Shown: positions 11,074 to 21,900 of the stretch, in pieces
Layout: each line of letters begins with the position of its first letter
Position numbering within the stretch: the stretch's first letter is position 1
From: Schizochytrium sp. TIO01
Taxonomy: Eukaryota; Protista; Bigyra: Labyrinthulomycetes
Assembly (NCBI GenBank): GCA_004764695.1
Contig: SMSO01000025.1
Location: 5,310,862 to 5,374,861 of the forward strand
DNA length: 64,000 nucleotides
Direction: 5' to 3'
Notes under the pieces: model-generated
Told to the model about the DNA's origin: nothing
What the model saw: only the letters and a program-made list of their open reading frames with translations
The model's database searches: none
Made by a program: the position numbers and the translations under genes

Positions 11074-12312
11074 TCTAGCTAAGTCTTCTTTCCTTTCAAT
11101 TATAGCAATAACTAGAATAATAGCCAAGCTAAAAAAAAAGAATGAATTGAAATTCTTTGCAATGCTATTGATTTTCTCTCTTGATAAAAACAAAAACCAA
11201 AAACACAATTAGTCTTCTTATCTTATTCTGGTTCAAGAAAGTTTATGTTGACACATTGCAACTTGTTTCATAAAACAATTATATCAATACGGCACTCAGG
11301 TAGCCGCCGAAGCATGGCATCAATCTACTACGAATTTATGCCTATTTGATCTTCGCCGACAGCAACCAACATTACACACAGTTAACAGCCTAGTTCTAAG
11401 AATAATTATATGTTACAAATGAGCCATGGCTGTATAGACAGATGTTCTTTCTATTACTTTTCATAGGCATTGTTAATTTGGATATTTCAGAGACATTTCC
11501 CATTCTTCTATGTTTTTGGTGTGTGTAGAAATTCATTTTGCACCATTCTCAGGTGCTAAATATGAAGTTTAAATTATGTCTATCCTTACAGAAAGGTTAC
11601 TACACTAGTTCTCAGTAGTCATTACATTTTTATAGCTGACAGTGTGAGTCTATCGAATTCGTTTATGCATATTTACGTTTTGAGTTTCTCTGAAGTACAA
11701 TGATATGGCGATTTTATTAAAATATATAGGTACAGTGTTGGTAGCAAGACCATTCCATCATATGCACAAAGAAGAGAAACAGTGAAGAGCCACAACCCCC
11801 TTATCGAAACAGTACTGAGTTATGTGGGCTATAATATAAAAGATTGATTCATAAACCAGACAATGTTGGAATGACCCTATTCAATTAAATTGTTCTCGTA
11901 AAACTTAAGTCCACAAATAGCGATATGACTCGGACTAGTAAAGGGTTGCTGGCTTTATTTTTAAAATTGTCGAAAGAAAGCACATCACGTAGATTAGTCG
12001 TCAATGTCAATCCTGAGTTTCATTTCAATTTAATTCTGGAAATCTGCAAACAAGAAGCAAATTAATGCTTTTAACAAGGTATTTTAACCTGTAGTCAGTC
12101 AGTTGTATATAGAATTAGAATGAGCAAAATACCTAGTCGTTTGTCATGTATAGTGGGGGATTTGGATACGTACAAAGTTTGAAGAAATTGAATGTACAAT
12201 TTAACAATCAGATCAACATGATGTCTCCTTCTAAAGCATATACGGCCGGATATGCTTGATGCCTTTTTTATGTAGGTGTTTGCTGTCCCTCCCTTCACGA
12301 GAAAAATTTCAT

Positions 12313-13023
12313 CTATCGAACTTTAGAAATCGGTTTTTCCATGTGTTCAAAGTAATAGTGGCGAAACTCTGGGCATGCAAGGTCTACTAATCGTTGAGGC
12401 ATTTCCATGGGACCTGTGCGGACGAAGCCACGTCTAGAATAAAATTCAATAATGTCCTTTCGCAACTCAACAACATGAATGCGAATCAAGCCCTTGGGGC
12501 TGAGTTTACTCTTCAAAAGAAGTTGAGCCGCTTGAACAAGGAGCGGCCCAACGCCACGTCCGCTGTATAGAAGAGGTACTGCAAGCTTGAAAAAGTGGCC
12601 AACATCTTTTTCAGTGTCCCATTGAACCCAGACGCAACCCTGAATCTGACGGTTCAATGGATCTTCATAAACAAGCATGCACGTGTGGGGCGTTTCCACA
12701 AGATCTCGTACATCGCTCCCGTCTTGGTTCACACGGAATCGATATCCCTGTAAGAAGATGTATGCATCTGCTTCATAAAATGCAACATTAATAAGTTCCG
12801 AAATCACGCGTAGTTCTAGTTCGCTGCCTGTCGTTTCCCTTACATATTCAATTTTTGAAGGCGCATGTCTTACACCCTTTGCATCAATTACAACTGCTGA
12901 CTCATCCAATCTTGGCCCGGCGGAATGAAGGTCACTTTTCAACCAGCTCTTATGCCTGGCCACCAATAGCAAAGCAGCGCTGGAAGCTGCAAAGGCCGCT
13001 GCTATCACCGTGGTCTCTGGCAT
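12313..13023 (-). CDS. GNAT-family N-acetyltransferase with hydrophobic N-terminal segment
   Basis: Acetyl-CoA motif A LAVPLLYSGRGVGPLLV and motif B IHVVELRKDIIEFYSRRGFVRTG; also LINVAF. First ATG is at 13023; the ORF-track start at 13086 is GTG. Confidence 0.85.
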   Translation of the reverse strand: MPETTVIAAAFAASSAALLLVARHKSWLKSDLHSAGPRLDESAVVIDAKGVRHAPSKIEYVRETTGSELELRVISELINVAFYEADAYIFLQGYRFRVNQDGSDVRDLVETPHTCMLVYEDPLNRQIQGCVWVQWDTEKDVGHFFKLAVPLLYSGRGVGPLLVQAAQLLLKSKLSPKGLIRIHVVELRKDIIEFYSRRGFVRTGPMEMPQRLVDLACPEFRHYYFEHMEKPISKVR

Positions 13024-13809
13024 AATCTGTTCTCTTGGTTTGACCCGAGTGACGTTAAACCCTTGTCGCAATTGCTGGACTGCCACTTCGCTGCGAGTTA
13101 GCGCTCAAGAACCGCTCGCTGCTTCTGCACTACGAGGAAAGTAGGTACCTTACCTACTACTCTATCTACCTACTTGGAGTAGAAAACAAGAGAACAAGAG
13201 AACCTTACGCCTAGCTAGGGAGCTAGGGTTCATTACCACTCGTCTTTGTTTCAGGAACAGCTTCTTGACACAAAACAAGCTCAAGTTAGGCAACAGCTTG
13301 GGCTCCTTATCATCCAAATTGCTGGAATGTAGGTGCTTGGCACTCCCCGGCAAGATTTGCAGCTACTCACCAGGCTTGAGTATCTACTGCGTAACTCGCA
13401 TATTCTACTGGTTGTTGATTCTTTCGTGGATTCATTCATTCATTCATTCCCGCGCATTCTCCAGCCTCACTCAAGAGTGTAACGCATAGGTACAAATCAA
13501 TCTCGAAGAACTCAAGGCAGTGCTGCAATGCTCATACACTGTGTTCAATTAAGCAAACATGTGCGTTCATGCATGTATGCATGGGCACTCAAGTCCATGT
13601 TGCCGTCATTCGATCAACCTTTGATCAATGAACGTAACTCCATAAACCAATCCATCGCGAGTACAGACACACCTTGTCCCTTATTCCTCACCCCATTGTC
13701 GTTGCTTCGAAAGGGCGGCAAATGGCAGTGCTATGGTTTTCGCAATATGGCTATTAGGGTAGGCGGCGGCTCACAGTGATGCAGCGATTATGAGCGATTC
13801 ATTGCAATG

Positions 13810-13860
13810 GAATGAATGAATGAATGAATGAATGAATGAATGAATGAATGAATGAATGAA
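13810..13860. repeat. (GAAT)n microsatellite
   Basis: About 12 perfect units read directly. Confidence 0.95.
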
Positions 13861-14343
13861 ATAAGTCCAAGACTATCAAAGGGAAGACTTAGTTCGCGAG
13901 CCACATCAAGAGCGACGCATGGCGTGGCAGCAACTTCTATCCTCCGTCCAAATTGCCTGAAGCAGCGAGCCTGGTAATGGATGGAATCTGCCGCCCTTGA
14001 TATACATCATGTATATGTATATGAATGTATATGTATATATGGGTAAGTAAGTAATTAAAATGTTCTGTGGATGTGCGGCGACTCACTTATCGGCGAAGAG
14101 GACTCCACGTCGATGGGCTCTGATGAAGACTCCTCAGCAGGGATCACTACCGGCACCTCACCTGGAGGAGCAGAGTGCGTTGATCGGTGAATCGATCAGG
14201 CAATCGGCGATGACGGATGCTTCATTCCAACAGGGTTTCGGAGTGCAATGCGACAGTGACGGTGATGGCGCGATACTCCGCCTCGCGGTTTACACTCAAG
14301 CTATACCCCACTTGCAAGGCGGATGAAAGTAGACTATCACCCG

Positions 14344-14381
14344 TATAACTCACTTACAGGGACGCGCATAAGTGAGTTATA
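14344..14381. repeat. Perfect 13-bp inverted repeat TATAACTCACTTA-N12-TAAGTGAGTTATA
   Basis: Arms 14344-14356 and 14369-14381 are exact reverse complements. Confidence 0.9.
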
Positions 14382-15004
14382 GCACCTCTGCCCTCCGTCC
14401 CCAGTGAATGAGGGAATGATTACCAGTAATCATCGCAGAGATGAATTCTATCTCGTACTTGTAGATAGATAGATACCTACTGCGTGCCCACTTCCTAGGG
14501 CAACCTCCAGCAATAGAGAGTCTTTCTGGTCAGACCGAGACGCTTGTGCCTGCCTCTTTTGTGCTGGTTCGTTCGTGTTTGCTACCAAGCACAGAATCAA
14601 GTCGGCGGAAACTGCAAAATGCAAGTGGGATAATCCAAACTACGCTGCTCTTTTTAACTTATATGAAATAAAATTTTATAAAATTACTCATTACCTACGC
14701 TATCATAACAATATGCATCTTTAGATGAGTAGACTGCAAAAAAGAATCATCAGGTGTTTTACTTTTTGATCGATCATAGTATTGAACGTCTCGTTAGCTG
14801 CTATCTTTCTCGGCGCTTCAGGCATACCCTCAATCCTCTCCAAGGTTTACTGACTGTTAATACTGCGAGTTCTCTCCGGTCTTCCTCCACCCTTCGTCCT
14901 CGCACGTACTTCCCCTTATCTCGCTGTTCTCGTAGGTCTGTCGTTGGACCTTCGTTCATCCACTCATCCATCCAACTTAACCTCGCATATCTACATCCTC
15001 AAGC

Positions 15005-15955
15005 ATGTTCGCTCGTTCCTCCCGTGTCCTGGCCAGAGCCGCTGCCGCTGCTGCAACAGTCGGCGGTGGTGCTGGTCTCCTCGTTTCTGTGAATGCCTCG
15101 AACGCCTCTGTGGCCTCTTGCGAGCCTATCAACTTCCGCGCGGAGTCCTTGCGCCTTGCCGAAGGCGCTCTCGAGCGCGTGGACAAATTGCTGGCCAGAA
15201 TGCATGCATTGAACAGCCTCGCGGACCGCATTGATCACACCTTGCTCCGCTCAGATGCGACCGTTGCTGAGATTGAGGTTCTCTGCGCCGAGGCCGTCGA
15301 GCATGGCTTTAAGACCGTGTGCGTGAACTCTGGCAACGTGCAGGTTGCGAAAGAATTCTTGGCTAAGGCTGCCGCAGCTGGCAAGGAGCATGCTGTGAAG
15401 GTCTGTGCTGTTGTCGGATTTCCTCTTGGCGCATGCTCAACTGAGGCCAAGGCCTTCGAGACCGAGGCTGCAATCCTGGCGGGTGCTAGCGAGATTGATA
15501 TGGTCATCAACATTGGCCGTCTCAAGTCTGGCGAGTGGGACTATGTGGTCCGCGATGTGGCGGCAGTCGTTGCTGTTTGCAAGCGTCTTGGAGCTGGCTG
15601 CAAGGTCATTATCGAGACCTGCCTGCTCAATGACGAGGAGAAGCGGGCTGCTTCTGAGCTCTGTGCTCTGGTCGGCGCTGATTTCGTCAAGACCTCTACT
15701 GGTTTCTCCACTGGAGGAGCTACGCCTGAGGATGTGGCGCTTATGAAGGCAAGCGTCGACGCTGCTGCTGCCAAGTATGCACCTCTTGCGGCCAATGGAG
15801 GATCCGTCAAGGTCAAGGCTAGCGGTGGCATCAAGGATGCTAATGATGCCTGGGCGATGATCCGTGCTGGAGCATCCCGTCTCGGTACCTCTCGCGGCGT
15901 CTCCCTCGTCAGCACTGGTGATGAGACTGCCGCCCCCAGCCCTTCGGCCTACTAA
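15005..15955 (+). CDS. DERA: Deoxyribose-phosphate aldolase (DeoC/DERA) with N-terminal extension
   Basis: IDHTLL, VCAVVGFPLG, GASEIDMVINIG, KVIIETCLL, Schiff-base motif GADFVKTSTGF, VKASGGI and GASRLGTS. Strongly C-ending codon bias. Confidence 0.96.
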   Translation: MFARSSRVLARAAAAAATVGGGAGLLVSVNASNASVASCEPINFRAESLRLAEGALERVDKLLARMHALNSLADRIDHTLLRSDATVAEIEVLCAEAVEHGFKTVCVNSGNVQVAKEFLAKAAAAGKEHAVKVCAVVGFPLGACSTEAKAFETEAAILAGASEIDMVINIGRLKSGEWDYVVRDVAAVVAVCKRLGAGCKVIIETCLLNDEEKRAASELCALVGADFVKTSTGFSTGGATPEDVALMKASVDAAAAKYAPLAANGGSVKVKASGGIKDANDAWAMIRAGASRLGTSRGVSLVSTGDETAAPSPSAY

Positions 15956-18900
15956 ATGATAGGGGCTTGCAGGTCGAACTGCGCCAGAGGTCGTTGCCTC
16001 CCGAACTTTCAACACTGTGACAACAAAGATCCTGGGAGAAGCCTTGGTTGTCACTGTGCTCCTTGCTGTTTATAGCTCATCTAGGATATAACACAGACTC
16101 AAACACACACACAAATACACGACACACACAATATATACACACTTTAACCATCTCGCCAGCTCCATGGAAATTCGGGTATCATGGCAGTCGGGCGAGCGAG
16201 GATTTCACAATTCATTGGGTAACATGACGCGCGCGTATGTGCACGAGCAAGTCCTTCTTGGACGGTTGTTTAAACATGTAGCTCTACTACTACTACTACT
16301 ACTACTACTTCATCATCATCATAATCTTTTTCTTTAACTATGGGTGAGAACTTGTTGCAAGGTCCCCCCGCCTCTGAGAGAAGAGGCCACACTGCACGCC
16401 CTTCTTTATATATAGTCAAAGATCGATCAGAACCAGGCATAGATACAGACGTCTAGTTTTGGCACCTCTCGCCTGGTTGCTGCTGCTGCGACCACTTGTG
16501 CTGCTGTTGCTATCTTGCATCGAGATATTACAACCCGGGTCAGTCAATCAAGTTTCGTCTCTTTTATTCAAACATTCTTGCTTTCTAGATGGGAGGTATA
16601 CGCTAACGCAAAAAAGTTATTGGCAATTCGAAGTCGATAATAAGAATGATGCATTTTTCTCAGAGTTTTCCATTGGGTGTGCGAGTGCCCACGTAAGTAG
16701 TTGGACAATTATTTCCATGGGCTGGATATGAGAGTGAAGACACGGAATCAATAACGCATCATCAGAAATACTTTAAGTCTCGTGTCTGCATGAAATTTTA
16801 CTTTCAATTATCAGCATAGCTCATCAATATTGTGGAGCGCGTTCACGAGCTTACAAAGCCGGATTTGTCTATGCAAATTTCTGCTGTTGTATACTTCGAG
16901 CAGTTTGGAAATGTTCTATTTTCTGCAATACGTTAGGTATAAAGCTTCTCCGTGCTATGTGTACCTACCTTGTTATATGCACTTGAGGAACTTTTTTCTG
17001 TTCTGCACCTTTTTACTAGCTTGTTCCCACATTTATTTTGGCGAGTTATGCTATCTTGTGACAAGTTATACATAACGATAAGCTATTCCTTGATCCGCGT
17101 CTTGTCTTGATAACTTGGTATGTCAGCACTTGTTGGGAGACGTACTCAATCATTGAGTTGCAAGACCATGTTGTAATATACTTTCAAATAAGGGATGGCG
17201 GAAACCTTGTCTAGGCCAAGTGAATGAGTGGTCCAAAATACAATTATTTTAGGAGCTATTTTTAGTTTCTCAATTCTAATCAGTAAATCGTTTATATTCG
17301 CTGTTAAACTGTGGCAAAACAGGCATCAAAGTAAGTAGCATCTTTCTCAAATAGTTTCACCTTTCGCTTCTTGCGTCAAAAACTAAATATACGTTTGAAA
17401 CCTTTCCGGTTTCCTCACCTTATAAAAAAGAATATAGAAAGTTGTAGTTACCATCTTCTTTCGGATGTTCTCCTCGTAAAAGGCTTCTCTTTCACACGTA
17501 TGCTCATACATATATAGTCGCATTATTAGGTACTCCTCACATGTTTTGTTAAGAATTACGAGACTAATGTGAAGCTTTTGTAAGTTCTACTTAGAAATAA
17601 GTATCTTTCTAAAAATACAAAAAACAAAACCAAAAGCGTTTCACAGGCATTGTAGACAAACTATCCCAATCTTTATGAATTAAACTTCACTGCACACCCG
17701 ATTTTATAGAATCGTCATGACAAAAAAAATATGTAAAAGACCCTGATGATCGTCTCTCTTCTGAGCATTGCATTCTGCAGGCTTTTTCTCCGTACCTGAA
17801 TTGCGGTGGGAACATAGAAAAGTGAGGTAAGAGAAAACACCTAAAGAAGAACTTGGAAAGAGAGAGAGGGAGAGCCAGGAAAGGACACAATTAAGAAGGA
17901 TCGAAAGTTCGAAAGAAATACAAACAAGAGCAACAGAACATTTTACGAGAACTTGGGTCAATGGCCGACTCAGAAATGTTCACCACCTGATTCAAAACAA
18001 CTGATCGAGACCGGTGCAAACAGGATTGTGTTTTACGTTTAGCCGACGGTTAGAGTGAGAACAACGAATACAAATATCTAGATAATGGTGATTTAGAGGG
18101 GATCTCAGAAATGATAACAGTGAAAATTAACATCATTGACAATCCCTAAGTCAATAGCTCTTAATCTGGATGAAGAGGGAATACTCTTTAATTAATTGAA
18201 GTTTCGCTTTGAAGTTCTCATAATGCGGAAGGTACTTACTAATTATTTGCATATTCCAGAAGCCGGTGGTTTCCAAATTGTTGATTAAATGGAGAAAGAC
18301 CCTATTAGACCGAGCTAGCAAATTGTTTCAAGTCTCACCCGCTACTCCTTTTGAGTCTGGCATAGGGTTTCACAGAGTGTACTTTTAGATATTTTTTCAA
18401 ATTAAGGTCATTCGATTAATCTGTGCGACTGAACAATGTGTGTAGCATCTGTATTTTGTATTGCTGAGATCTCCAATCGAAGGAACTAGTGGACAAGACA
18501 TTGTTAGAGCTATAGGTGTCCCTTTGTAAAGACCTCGTGGACATAGAGCTTCAATAGAGTAGAACTAGACATCCAGACTCCCGTGGTTGTGAAGCCAATA
18601 CGCCAAAGTCTGACTACATTTTACCTAGAACGAAACATGGTGCAACTTGAACCAATGGATGAAGAGGTTGAATTAACCTGGAGCCATCAAGTATATCTAA
18701 TGCAGGTGAAGAATGTCTTAACTTCCTAATTACTAAATGATACTCAGTCTACCGTGGAAATCATTACAAGACAGCAGCTCGCTCAATTTTAAATCGGTCT
18801 TCTTTAAGAACCTTCATGGTTAACCTCCAGCTGACCTACATTCATCTCTCGGCAGGTACAGTCTTTAAGGCACTGATATGTATATTCGCTCCTGCTATTG

Positions 18901-21900
18901 GTTCGTATACTTAGTCTCAACATCTGTGATGGCACGACCACAAATCCTGGGACTGAACTCGAAGGGATGTTGTGGTTTCTTGCAACCTTCATAGGAGCAT
19001 GCCTTCCAGAACTAGAGAGTATGGTTTTATTACTCAATATAAAGTTTAGCACTTAGCAAATCGTGATTACCACCATTGTGTGACCTATATACAAAGTATG
19101 CGAATATTTCAACCTATGCAAATTATGTGTGCAAGTTGAAAACTGCCAAAAAGTCAAAACATCTCAACCCGCTTGTCCATCGGGGTTTGAATTCAGGCTT
19201 TAGCTGCGACAGTAATATAGAAGTAGATTCTCCATTTAACTGTTACAATGTTTGAGTCGATCAATATAAACATGCGGTGTATATGGCTTTCCGGCAGTTG
19301 TTGGCAACACCGCATGACAATAAACTTATTACACTTGACTATACTTACTAATGGAATTGAAGAATGTTCTGACCTCTTGACATCAACTTTTTGAATTGGA
19401 AAATGAGTGCAGTTTGATTAGTTTTGCTATAATAGAATCGATAGCACTTTAATTTTGTTCCTCTGTCGATGTTTGAATGGCTGAAAGGTTATTAAAGAAT
19501 TCCTGTACTATTGCTGTTGTGGTTCCGTTTGCGCATGTTGTTGATATTGTCTCATTCTCGATGTCGAAGAGTCGGGGACAATGGCAGAGAAAGATATAAG
19601 TTTCCTATTTTTTTCAAACTTATGGCATTGCATTGGTTGTTTAACAGCGCTGTCGCTGGTTTTGCTAATTGGTAAACTGAGGAAGACAAGGGCGACTAAA
19701 ACAATGTCTATGGAGAGTTTTCTATCAGACAAAACAGGATCATCTAAATTTACCGTTGGAGACAAGTGTGGAAACGCAAAGAGTAAGAAGATGGTAAACG
19801 TGGCGTCGCCACTAAGTTAAAACTACTTTGCTATTGGTAAAATTCGGCCCCTTTTGTTATATAGCATATTTGAATCTTTCGGCACCTCACATTCAATGTA
19901 CTTCATAACACTTATGACATGTGCGTGCATCTCAAGAATTTTAAGATTTGATTTTGTTTGAATTAAACACTCAGTGCCATTTACGTGGTCAAAATTATAG
20001 AGAGCATTTGAAGCATGCTATAAGATAAAGCCTCGTCAGGTTGAGTCCACGCATGATTGAGAAAGGAATTGATGATGTGATATTAACTCCCCAAATCTTG
20101 GAAACTCCTTTGAGGATACCATGAAATTTGCAAGTACCGATTTTCACAATTGACCCACAGAAGACTGTAGAATGTACACACCGTCACTTGTACTGGCAAT
20201 AACCATGACCAAGGTAAGCAGGGTGACGTTTTGAGATACCCCCAAACTAAATAAAGGGACCTTTGGGCCATACTTTTATTTAGAAAAGACCATATGAAAC
20301 AGAGGCAAAGGTTTCCCATAAAAGAACAATCTTTAATATTTTTATATTAAATAATAGAGATAGCTTTTTTATTTTAAATCAAAATAAGAATTCGTTTCTT
20401 TACTTTTTAAATTATGACTTCGAAAGGCCAAACTTTCGGCATGAGAACGCGGGGTTCTTGACCTTTGAGACTCCCATGAAAATCCTCGCTAGAGCCTATG
20501 CAGCTCTGTCTTCTGACCATACTAGCAGTGGATACCCCCAAATCTGTCTGCTTTCGCTCGTTTGATTTATATGCGAGAAATGCAAAAACGTAAAATAAAT
20601 ATTGCTAAAAAGACTAAGTACGTTTTAAAAATTAAGATTAATAATTGTTATTTTAAAAATAAACTTTGAAATTTTGGCAGAAGGTCCACACGACGATCTC
20701 ATCAGAACGTATGGCTCAGGCTTATTGACCAATGCGACGCTGAGCTCGATCTTTCTGAAAGTAAAGCTATTACTCTAGCAGTGGGTTTAAAGTTATGGTC
20801 ATGAGGACGCTCTTTGTCCAGAATGAACGCAAGCAATTTTGCGATGACCTGCTTTTGCTTTTGTTCGTAAACACATAAGTTATCAAGATGAGTTCTAGAC
20901 CTAAAAGTTTTCCATTAAAAAATGCTGATTACATCGGTGCATGGACCTTTGGCGATTCTTCGTCATCGAGTTCCACAGCTGCGTGTCCTTTAAATGCTCT
21001 CAGCCGCGTCTCGGTAGCAGCCACAGTGGCAGCGTCGCGAGACGGCGTCGCCAAGGCCCTCTTGTCACGCTTACTCTGCCGTCGAAGCCTTCCAACGAGC
21101 GTTGGGCGTCACGGTGGCTTCGCCATCGACCCGTGATGTTCTCATCTTCACGCCAACAGCGCAAGCTTCAAGGCCAGCCAGACGTGGGCAGCCTGTGCCA
21201 CAAGGCTCCACGGTGTCGAGCACGGGCAATGGGGGGACACGTGAATGGGTGGTTCTTGCCTTTGCATTGAGCTTGCCGTTCGGTTTGTCGTTCTTGTTGT
21301 TGTTGCTGGGTTTGCTTACGAAGGTCGCCTTGGACGAGGTTCTTCTCTGGAGCACAACCAAGAGTTCGTTCCTGCCGAGGTAAGCGCTGCAGCCCTAGAT
21401 CAAGTGCCGTGCTTGATGGAGAGGATCGAGTCTCGCTTCACTGGCGCTCGGAACTGCGAAGATGTGGACGGAGGTGATGTCGAAAGACTGCGGCTGTGGC
21501 AGGAGCCATGGGTACCTCTCGATGGATCTCCAATCGATCATGGAACACGAACTTTGATTTATTTATTTATTTATTTCGTTTAGTCTGTAGTGCGTAGCAT
21601 GTATGGCACTGCTAGTACTGCCTATATAGCAGGTAGCAGGTGAGTAGGCAATGCGTAAACCAAAGCTAAAAAAAAGGAGCTAAGTATCAAGATTCTAGAC
21701 ATGGAGCCTGGTTCATGTGCCGAGGTTTGCGTGATGTGGTAGCTAGGCATTCAGGCTAAGGGCACGACGATGCTGCAGTCAAGCTCATGAGCACTTGACA
21801 AGGCTTTGAGGTGAGACCCTGTGATTGAAAATGAAAGATGCAGCGAGCTGTTCTGTCTAGTCTAGGTTAGTATCTTATTTTTAAAAACTTTTTTTAACAT

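Noticed and set aside
15235-16054. Antisense and alternate-frame ORFs over DERA (likewise over WASHC5, ABCG and the M8 peptidase)
   Set aside because: Shadow ORFs caused by codon bias of the real gene; no recognisable motifs.
19271-19316. 10-bp inverted repeat CATGCGGTGT...ACACCGCATG
   Set aside because: A few such pairs are expected by chance in 64 kb, and there is no supporting context.
20505-20720. 5S rRNA-like words (GACCATACT..., GATCTCATCAGAAC)
   Set aside because: The fragments are about 180 bp apart and lack the GAAGTTAAGC and downstream conserved segments; no 5S structure.
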